A DNA stretch of 63,996 nt, counting the filler, from an uncultured Methanosarcinales archaeon (GTDB lineage: Archaea > Nanobdellota > Nanobdellia > Woesearchaeales > JAGLXL01): the NCBI GenBank assembly GCA_964472345.1. It is 7 parts of 7 records of this genome, joined end to end, with 100 filler letters (N's around TTAATTAATTAA, not from the genome) between each part and the next. Parts side by side here need not be neighbours in the genome. Positions count along the whole stretch, not along the records: positions 49,082 to 58,432 come from CAYYLB010000052.1; positions 58,533 to 63,996 come from CAYYLB010000069.1; 5 more parts are not named here. One strand, written 5' to 3'. A program made the position numbers and the translations under genes. Position 1 is the stretch's first letter; each line of letters starts with the position of its first letter. Shown in pieces: positions 57,434 to 63,996 of the stretch. Under the pieces are notes generated by a model, which had not been told where the DNA came from, did no database searches, and saw only the letters and a program-made list of their open reading frames with translations.

Positions 57434-57736
57434 ATGTATCAGGACACGACGCCCCCGGTCAGTGAGGGGCAGGAATTAGAAGTAACCATCGAGGCGGTCG
57501 GCGCCAAAGGCGATGGAATCGCAAAAGTGAAGGGATTTGTCTTATTCGTGCCCGGCACGGCGGGCGGCGACCGCGTGAAGGTCCGCATCACGAAAGTGCT
57601 GCACAATGTCGGGTTTGCCGAGGTCTTGCAGCGCGCCGGGGGAACGGCAGAAGCGCCTGCTGCGGAAGAAGCCCAAGCGACGGAAGAGACGCCCCAACCT
57701 CAGGCAGAAGACAGCGAGACGTTCGGCGACGAGTGA
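57434..57736 (+). CDS. single TRAM domain RNA-binding protein
   Basis: PPV.EG...IEAVGAKGDGIAKVKGFVLFVP...FAEV; acidic tail. Confidence 0.92.
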   Translation: MYQDTTPPVSEGQELEVTIEAVGAKGDGIAKVKGFVLFVPGTAGGDRVKVRITKVLHNVGFAEVLQRAGGTAEAPAAEEAQATEETPQPQAEDSETFGDE

Positions 57737-57777
57737 GTTCCGAAAGGCTTTAATCTTCTTCTTTCTTTTCCTTTTTC

Positions 57778-58395
57778 ATGCGCCTCTTTGTAGGGATTCC
57801 GCTGCCGGAAGCGCTGCACGCCGGGATCCAGCGGCTGCAGGAGCAGCTTGCGGCGAGCGGAGCGGAGCTGAGCATCGTTCCTCCCGGCAACCTGCACTTT
57901 ACTGTGAAATTTCTTGGGGAGGTTGCTGCTGAGCACATTGAGGAAATTGCTTTGCAGCTCGCCAAGGTCGCGGAGCGGCACGCGCGCTTTTCCGTGTCAT
58001 TGCGGGGAGCGGGGGCGTTTCCGTCGCCGGACTTTGCCCGCGTGGTGTGGGTGGGCGTTGAGGACAATGCGGCGTTCGTTTCCCTGGTGCGCGATGTTCG
58101 GGAGCAGCTTGCGGCGTTCCGAAGCGAGGATCATGTCGCGCTGCAGATCCACCTGACGGTGGCGCGGGTGCGCCCGCCGAAGAGCAAGGAGCAGCTGGCA
58201 TATGTGATCAGGCAGTTTTCGGCTGAGGGCTTCGGCAGCTTTGTCGCGGAGCGGATGGTGCTATACGAGAGCGTGCTCCAAAAGAGCGGGGCAGCGTACC
58301 GCGCGGTGCGGACTTTCCCGCTGAAGGCTGCGGTTCCTGATGATGCCGCTTCTTATTCATCGTCGGTTTCGGGCTCAAAATCGGAAAGTTTATAA
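57778..58395 (+). CDS. thpR: RNA 2',3'-cyclic phosphodiesterase (2H family)
   Basis: MRLFVGI, HFTVKFLG, RVVWVG, HLTVAR. Confidence 0.9.
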   Translation: MRLFVGIPLPEALHAGIQRLQEQLAASGAELSIVPPGNLHFTVKFLGEVAAEHIEEIALQLAKVAERHARFSVSLRGAGAFPSPDFARVVWVGVEDNAAFVSLVRDVREQLAAFRSEDHVALQIHLTVARVRPPKSKEQLAYVIRQFSAEGFGSFVAERMVLYESVLQKSGAAYRAVRTFPLKAAVPDDAASYSSSVSGSKSESL

Positions 58396-58432
58396 AGAAG
58401 CGTGATTTTTCTTGGGGTTAAGAAAAGAGGCC

Positions 58433-58532
58433 NNNNNNNNNNNNNNNNNNNNNNNNNNNNNNNNNNNNNNNNNNNNTTAATTAATTAANNNNNNNNNNNN
58501 NNNNNNNNNNNNNNNNNNNNNNNNNNNNNNNN
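58433..58532. other. artificial contig linker
   Basis: N-run with TTAATTAATTAA. Confidence 0.98.
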
Positions 58533-58610
58533 CTTCTGCACGCTGCCGCGGCAGGTGACGAGGACGACCTGGCGGGGGCCGATGAGGGCTGGAATGGGGG
58601 CGGAAGGCAT
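58533..58610 (-). CDS. N-terminal fragment, possibly flavin reductase family
   Basis: MPSAPIPALIGPRQVVLVTCRGSVQK runs into the contig end; TATA box about 25 nt upstream. Confidence 0.45.
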
Positions 58611-58760
58611 GTGTCCAAGATTGGCAGAATGTATAAAAAGGTATGGGCGTCCGTTCCGGAACGTGAGCCCTCGGGCAGCGAAGGAGCTTGAAAACTCACC
58701 AGGGACTGCACATACGTTGGCGTCTACACCGTTCCCGGAGGTGTAGGGGGCATTACCGCC

Positions 58761-59270
58761 TTAAGGCGCGGCTGGTGTCAGGAAAAAGAGGACGTCTTTC
58801 TCTTCTTCAATGTCCTTTGCGATGACAAAACGTTCCCGCAGCTTCTGAACAATGCTTTCTTTTCCCTTCGCCTTCTTCAGCACCGTGATGACGACGGGCG
58901 CGCCAGGCCTTGCCACCCGTTTCATCTCCCGCAGCGCCTTATCCAGCTCAAAGTGGTGTATGGCTGTCACGCACAGCACCGCGTCAAACGTATGGTTCCT
59001 GAACGGCAGCGCTTCTGCCCGTGCCTGGAGCAGCTCCGGCATGCTTCTGTTGCGCGTGCTGTTGCGCGCCAGCCTGAGCAGCCCAAGGGAAGGATCGACT
59101 CCTGTCACGCAGTCGAACAGCTCCGCGCTCCAGCAGGGCCCAGAGCCGACGTCGAGGATTCTTGCTTCACGCGGCAGGGCGAGATGCTCCCGAATGATGC
59201 GCAGCTTACGCAACTGCTCCTCGCGGTGCAGCGCTTCGTAGGACGGGGCGATGGTGTCGTAGAAGGTCAT
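58761..59270 (-). CDS. class I SAM-dependent methyltransferase
   Basis: ILDVGSG, GVDPS, AEALPF..FDAV, EMKRV. Confidence 0.88.
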   Translation of the reverse strand: MTFYDTIAPSYEALHREEQLRKLRIIREHLALPREARILDVGSGPCWSAELFDCVTGVDPSLGLLRLARNSTRNRSMPELLQARAEALPFRNHTFDAVLCVTAIHHFELDKALREMKRVARPGAPVVITVLKKAKGKESIVQKLRERFVIAKDIEEEKDVLFFLTPAAP

Positions 59271-59617
59271 GGTTCAATGATAAGCGACGCGTTGCGGGGA
59301 TCAAGCAGCGTCCGGCATCGTTTCAGAAGCCCCATACCCATCAGCGGCAGCGGGGAATTGGTCCCAACAGCGTAAATCCGTTTGTGTTCCCCAAACCAGA
59401 GAATGCCGACTTCGTACACATTCGCGCTCATCGCATCGCCGTCAGCAGTGACGTACTCGGCCTCGCCGACGGGAACGCTGCCCATGCGATCAAGGAAGTC
59501 TGTGGGTAGCATCAACTGCCCATTAAATCCCGTATCAAGAAGGAGCTCAACGGTTTCTCCTGCGATGGTCAAAGAAACAAATGGCTGGTCGAAGACAAAG
59601 TGCCCGACCAGCTTCAT
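59267..59617 (-). CDS. clan AA aspartic protease-like protein
   Basis: LLDTGFNG, TADG, LMGMGLL. Confidence 0.82.
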   Translation of the reverse strand: MKLVGHFVFDQPFVSLTIAGETVELLLDTGFNGQLMLPTDFLDRMGSVPVGEAEYVTADGDAMSANVYEVGILWFGEHKRIYAVGTNSPLPLMGMGLLKRCRTLLDPRNASLIIEP

Positions 59618-59832
59618 CGCGGTACCGCCCCTACAAAATAGGTGTAGCGAAAGCCGATCCGCTTGAAGACAAATTTCTTCGTTGGGTGTTTTTTCCGTGC
59701 CTTGAGATACGCCTCTTCCTCCGTTTCGCCGACGAAATAGTCGCCCGTTTCCGTCTCGATGAGGACAAATTTCCCTTTATGCTGCCTGATGGACGGCTCG
59801 ATCCGCCGGTAAATCTCGTCTGCCCGTGACAT
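59614..59832 (-). CDS. DUF5678-like small protein
   Basis: HKGKFVLIE.ETGDYFVG..EEEAY..ARKKHP...KRIG; overlaps the protease start. Confidence 0.75.
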   Translation of the reverse strand: MSRADEIYRRIEPSIRQHKGKFVLIETETGDYFVGETEEEAYLKARKKHPTKKFVFKRIGFRYTYFVGAVPR

Positions 59833-59958
59833 GCCTCCGACATGGCGGTTCTTGCTTAAATAGTTTTCCGGAAGCCGGCATTCAGGTCTTCTCAAGCATC
59901 GCTCGTACAGCCTGATGTCAAAATGAATACTCCTTGCGTTTTGGGATACCACTCGTCA

Positions 59959-60408
59959 TCACGATCGCCATTCCCCCAAAACAATACATGTTTCTGTTTC
60001 TGCCACTTCATCCAACGCCCGGACGTTGTTGATGAGAAACCGGTTTAATTCCTCGACGTCGGTTGCAAGAACCTCTATCACAAAATCAATTCTCCCCATG
60101 AGCCGTTTGACAGAAAGGACTGCGGGGTGCTTTGCCACTTTTGCTTCAATGCCGCCAATGTTGCCCCGCGTGGCCTTCTCCAGCTGCTTATTCACCCTGA
60201 CGAAGATCAGCGCCCGCACATTTTTGCCTAAGCGCTTATGTTCAATGTCAATGGTGTAGCGCTTGATGACGCCTGCCTCTTTCAGCTTCCGCCTGCGGTT
60301 TAAAACGGTCGTCTGCGGAATCCCGGTCCTTTTTGAGAGCTGGTAGGTTGACCAGTCGGCATGCTCTCTCAAGAGCTCGAGCAGTTGCTGATCCTTTTCA
60401 TCAAGCAT
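59959..60408 (-). CDS. Lrp/AsnC family transcriptional regulator
   Basis: MLDEKDQQLLELL HTH; GVIKRYT; GRIDF RAM domain. Confidence 0.9.
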   Translation of the reverse strand: MLDEKDQQLLELLREHADWSTYQLSKRTGIPQTTVLNRRRKLKEAGVIKRYTIDIEHKRLGKNVRALIFVRVNKQLEKATRGNIGGIEAKVAKHPAVLSVKRLMGRIDFVIEVLATDVEELNRFLINNVRALDEVAETETCIVLGEWRS

Positions 60409-60541
60409 AATGACTCAAATAAGCAACATATTTATCTATTTTATGCTTTTTTAAATTGTATAAGTCACTATTTTTGAGTAAAATACTAATAGGCATAGCC
60501 CCCGACAAATCTGAGAGAAGCGAAAGACTGGGGTGAACACT

Positions 60542-61237
60542 ATGAAACACGACGTCACAACGTACCTACATGAAAACTATTTTCGTTTTGATAACTACGG
60601 AGGGAATGGACATCATTTTTTAGAAGTCATAGGAGCGGAGCGACCAAGAGTGGTTCATGTGGAGAATGGTGCTGATACTTTAAGGCGTATTCCTGCGGCG
60701 AGTGTTTTAGGTCTGGTTACGTTCTCTTTTGTTGATAGAAAAGGTGACCTCCATAGATATGAGGAAGACACTACTGAGCGTGCAAACCCAGTCATCGGCG
60801 TAGGGGGAATGCAGCGCGGTGTTCTGTACCAGCACCCCATTGCTGATGAAGGCGTAACCCTTGTTGGTGGAAGGGTAATGTACCATGCTGATGACCTATA
60901 CCACCTCTATGATTATGGCCCTTATGTTACTGCCATTCCCGCAAGCGTCGCCGACGCCACGATGAAGGCGTGGAATATTGCTATACAAAAAAGGCAAAAA
61001 GGGCGTAGAGCTACCCCCCGTGTAATACTGGTACGTACTGCTGTGGAGACGATTGTGGATTTCACGAGGTGGCGCGATCACTCCGTGTTACTGGGCAAAT
61101 TTTCAGAAGAACGTCTAGAAAATATAATTTCAGAAGAACTTCTAGAACCTATAATAAGGGATCTCCAAGATAGAACCGAGGTCATTGACGTAACGCCCTA
61201 TGCGGAGTGGCTGGCTGTAGTGCGACGAGTGTGGTAG
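60542..61237 (+). CDS. hypothetical protein (orphan), divergent from Lrp regulator
   Basis: 231-aa ORF with GGGGTGA RBS; lower GC. Confidence 0.75.
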   Translation: MKHDVTTYLHENYFRFDNYGGNGHHFLEVIGAERPRVVHVENGADTLRRIPAASVLGLVTFSFVDRKGDLHRYEEDTTERANPVIGVGGMQRGVLYQHPIADEGVTLVGGRVMYHADDLYHLYDYGPYVTAIPASVADATMKAWNIAIQKRQKGRRATPRVILVRTAVETIVDFTRWRDHSVLLGKFSEERLENIISEELLEPIIRDLQDRTEVIDVTPYAEWLAVVRRVW

Positions 61238-61270
61238 CTCCCTCATGAGTACGGCCTCTGCTCAACTCGT

Positions 61271-62221
61271 CTAGGAAGCCTCACCGGAAACCCCCGCTCC
61301 AGCCATAACTGCCATATCCTTCCTCGACCTCCGGAAGAAGTACGCGAGCACGCCGATCGTGATCACGGGAGAGAGCCACGCCGGCACGTGCAGCCCGAAG
61401 GCGTCCGCAAGCATCACCGCGCCAAGGAAGAACACCGAGTACATGGCGCCGTTCTTCAGGTACTTGTACTTCTTGACGCGCTCGATGTTGCCGAGGGTGA
61501 GCTGGCGCACGATGATCGCGCCGATCCCGTTGCCGAGCAGGATGAGCGGCACCGAAAGCGTGAACGCGAACGCGCCCAGAACGCCGTCGATGGAGAATGT
61601 CATGTCGATGACCTCCAGGTAGAGGATCTTGCTCCAGTCCTTCATGGAGCTGCCGTGCAGCATCTCGTGCTCCAGCTTCTCCGCGTTCTGCTTGAAGCCG
61701 TGGGTGATGAAGAATGCCGTTGAGCCGAGAACCGCGCCGAATGCCATGAGCGGCGTCCGCTGCAGCGCAAACCACACAACCGCGGAAAGGAGGATGGAAA
61801 CCACTGCAAAGAACCAGACGCCCTGCCGCTCAAAGAACTTCTCGGCATGCACCCCATAGCTCTTCGGCTCGAGGAAGAGCCAGTGGAAGAACAGGAAGAC
61901 GAGGAAGATTCCGGCGCCGCTCAGCAGCACCGGAGCAGCGGCTTCCATCGCCTGCGCGACCGCAGCGTCTTCCCTGAATGCTGAGGTGAAGATGCCCACA
62001 AGGCTGAGCGACGGCTGCGCCGCCCAGAGGATGAGCAGGGGCAGCAGCCCGCGCACGAGGAAGACGCCGATGAGGATGCCCCACCAGAGGAACCACTTCC
62101 GCGCCTTCTGCGAGACGGTGCCCAGCACTTCCGTGTTGATCACCGCGTTGTCGATGCTGTTGACGGTCTCGAAGAGGCCCAGGCCGATGATGATGAGGAT
62201 GGCAGAGAGGATGGTTGGCAT
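61271..62221 (-). CDS. DUF475 / TerC-like membrane protein
   Basis: E..SIDNAVIN, YLEVIDMTFSIDGVLGAFA, YKYLKNGAMYS. Confidence 0.88.
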   Translation of the reverse strand: MPTILSAILIIIGLGLFETVNSIDNAVINTEVLGTVSQKARKWFLWWGILIGVFLVRGLLPLLILWAAQPSLSLVGIFTSAFREDAAVAQAMEAAAPVLLSGAGIFLVFLFFHWLFLEPKSYGVHAEKFFERQGVWFFAVVSILLSAVVWFALQRTPLMAFGAVLGSTAFFITHGFKQNAEKLEHEMLHGSSMKDWSKILYLEVIDMTFSIDGVLGAFAFTLSVPLILLGNGIGAIIVRQLTLGNIERVKKYKYLKNGAMYSVFFLGAVMLADAFGLHVPAWLSPVITIGVLAYFFRRSRKDMAVMAGAGVSGEAS

Positions 62222-62452
62222 CGGAACGCAAGCTGCTGCCGCTTCTTAAGCTTTGCGCGCTCGCCCTACGCTACGGCTGCACGCGCGCTTCTCTCTTTAT
62301 CTTCTCATACGCGCGGTAAAAGCACGCCTGCGCGGAAGCCGCTGTGCGCGCTGGTTGAAATGAAGAATCCATCCCGCCGCCAGAGAAACCGGACGCCGCG
62401 CCAGCCGACAAAAACGAAAGGCTTAAATAGTTATATACACTTATACAACCCC

Positions 62453-62746
62453 ATGCCAGTATTGTTCCATCCAAAAACCAGGCACAAAGGCATCCTCCAT
62501 TACCCCCAGTTAGATACGGTGCTTATGGTCGAGAGATTCATCTATGAAAACAGCGGGGAATTCAAAAAGAAAGCCCTCTGGGAGCACCTGCCAAGGCAAA
62601 TGATGTACCAGACGTTCTGCGTCATCATCGATTACCTTATTGAATCAGGAAAAATAGCAGTAGACAATGAGGGCAAGATTGCGTGGGTGTGGGATCCTGA
62701 AGGGGTAAAAAGGTACTTGGCAAGGAAGGAGCTCTCATGGAGCTAG
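62453..62746 (+). CDS. wHTH-like protein, putative antitoxin
   Basis: YPQLDTVLMVE...LWEHLP..MMYQT...DYL.ESGKI; overlaps the RelE-like gene. Confidence 0.7.
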   Translation: MPVLFHPKTRHKGILHYPQLDTVLMVERFIYENSGEFKKKALWEHLPRQMMYQTFCVIIDYLIESGKIAVDNEGKIAWVWDPEGVKRYLARKELSWS

Positions 62747-63075
62747 CCTCCGAAGTGAAATTTGGTGATGAGAGCCTCAAAAAAGCGTACCTTGAGCTTG
62801 AAAAAGGGAAGTTCGAAGATAAGCAGCTCAAGGAGTGGCTTGATCGGGCAGTGGGTGACTTGGGGAAAAACGCCTTTTCCGGAATCCAGATAGCCAAACG
62901 GCTGATCCCTCAGGAATACTATCAGAAGTATGGTCCGTTGGATAACCTGTGGAAATACAATCTGCCGAACGCGTGGAGACTGATTTACACCATCAAACGA
63001 GATGAGGTCGTTGTCCTCAGCATCGTTCTCGAGTGGATGAAGCACAAAGAATATGAAAAAAGGTTTGGTTACTAA
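62737..63075 (+). CDS. RelE/ParE-fold toxin-like protein
   Basis: NLWKYNLPNAWRLIYTI...HKEYEKRFGY. Confidence 0.75.
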   Translation: MELASEVKFGDESLKKAYLELEKGKFEDKQLKEWLDRAVGDLGKNAFSGIQIAKRLIPQEYYQKYGPLDNLWKYNLPNAWRLIYTIKRDEVVVLSIVLEWMKHKEYEKRFGY

Positions 63076-63203
63076 ACACCTCTCCCGCTTGGTGGGACAG
63101 TTTCCCTTATGCGAGGATAAGCCACGGTGCTGTGGCCACTCCTCACCCATTGCGCTCATGCGGCGGGAACATGAGCAGATAGGGGTTAGCCCTAAAGAGA
63201 AAG

Positions 63204-63353
63204 CGAGCCCGCGAGGACCATCACTCCGCGCTCCTGCCGAAGCAAGCCGCTTGAGATTCGAACCCCGATCTGCAGGTGTCCTGCGGGGGCGCTGCTCGTT
63301 TCATCGCCTGCCCTCACCGAAGCCTGCCGTGCTGTCCATTACACTACGGGCCC
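63204..63353 (-). tRNA. tRNA-Arg(TCG) with two introns
   Basis: GGGCCCG/CGGGCTC acceptor; removing two 39-nt inserts (37/38 and T loop) gives a 72-nt cloverleaf. Confidence 0.88.
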
Positions 63354-63398
63354 ACGGCGGCATGCGCGCCACAGGATATAAAAAGCTGTCGCTTCAAA

Positions 63399-63519
63399 GG
63401 CTCAGGAGAAAAGTGGCCTGCGCGGCTGAGGACGCATCCGAGCGGATGCCGGCGTGCCAGCAATCTGCATTGCTCCGTGCTCTATCCTGGATGCCGGGCA
63501 GGCGATTTTCTGCAGAGCA
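63399..63519. repeat. degenerate short copy of the 20557 MITE
   Basis: GGCTCAGGAGAAAAGTGGCC start, shared GTGCCAGCAAT..ATTGCTC, TTTTCTGCAGAGC end. Confidence 0.7.
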
Positions 63520-63564
63520 TTTATCATCGCAACCATTTTAAACTTCGCAGGAATCGTCCTCAAC

Positions 63565-63966
63565 ATGATGCTGCTCAACCAGCTTCTTGTCGGAACTGTG
63601 GCGCTGCTCGGGATAGCCGTCGGGGTGCTGCTGGGGCTGCTTGTGCCGGAAGAAGCAGCCAAAGGGAGGCCGTACTTCACGATGCTTGAGCGCGTCCTGC
63701 TCGCTGCGGCTTTTGTCCCTGCGGCCGCGCTGCAGGCGCTTGCGCAGCAGTGGCTGGCTGTTGCGCTGCTTGCCATCCTTCTTGCCGTGGTGCTGCTGCT
63801 CCGGTTCCGCTGGCGGATCGCGCTTCACGTCGTGATATTTGTTGTGCTGCTCGCGCTGACGGTCTCGGATGAAAGCATCTTCCTGATCGAAGCGAGCCTG
63901 ATATTCCTGTACGGGCTGCCGGCGGGGACGCTGGCCGGGCTACTGTATAGTACCGAATTCACGTAA
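63565..63966 (+). CDS. small polytopic membrane protein
   Basis: Hydrophobic ORF; PEE...GRPYF and FLYGLPAGT. Confidence 0.75.
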   Translation: MMLLNQLLVGTVALLGIAVGVLLGLLVPEEAAKGRPYFTMLERVLLAAAFVPAAALQALAQQWLAVALLAILLAVVLLLRFRWRIALHVVIFVVLLALTVSDESIFLIEASLIFLYGLPAGTLAGLLYSTEFT

Positions 63967-63996
63967 CATTGATGTGGATACTCCAGCACCGAAATT

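Noticed and set aside
58641..58751. Multi-hairpin segment as a candidate ncRNA or ribozyme
   Set aside because: No known motif recognised; the adjacent TATA box fits the minus-strand gene and is too close to drive this sequence; may be a repeat remnant
1..63996. CRISPR array, DGR or retron reverse transcriptase, integrase, transposase, rRNA
   Set aside because: No regularly spaced repeats and no RT, recombinase, DDE or rRNA signatures found by eye

Overview
This window is a concatenation of seven short metagenome-assembled contigs joined by artificial 100-nt N/TTAATTAATTAA linkers (10254, 20130, 29830, 39441, 48982, 58433). The complete contigs run in decreasing length, so adjacency across linkers has no biological meaning. 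The gene content is archaeal and most consistent with a GC-rich DPANN genome of Woesearchaeota type (inference). The backbone includes gatB, mre11, herA, rpl7ae-rps28e-rpl24e-ndk-EF-2, sepF, rpl21e-rpo4, RIO1-KH-top6BA, oapABC, RPA, radA, glycosylation genes and a pilin-like cluster, plus four tRNAs that all carry introns. AT-rich accessory islets are scattered through it: three wHTH-MNT/HEPN modules, PIN and RelE toxin-antitoxin pairs, and Lrp regulators paired with divergent orphan genes. The most notable observations are: (1) a 90-bp double-hairpin element with TTA target duplications and compensatory base changes between copies, inserted in a HEPN gene and a nuclease-like gene; (2) two integrase-less islets that duplicate and replace the 3' end of the gene they entered; (3) a family of IS1595-like MITEs with swapped ends and interiors, and palindromic insertions translated in frame (top6A, a pilin-like gene); (4) a bacterial ECF sigma-70-like gene between archaeal RPA and radA; (5) a candidate double-T-loop ncRNA; (6) an OgdA/SSADH-like gene pair. 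All calls come from reading the sequence; no database searches were run.
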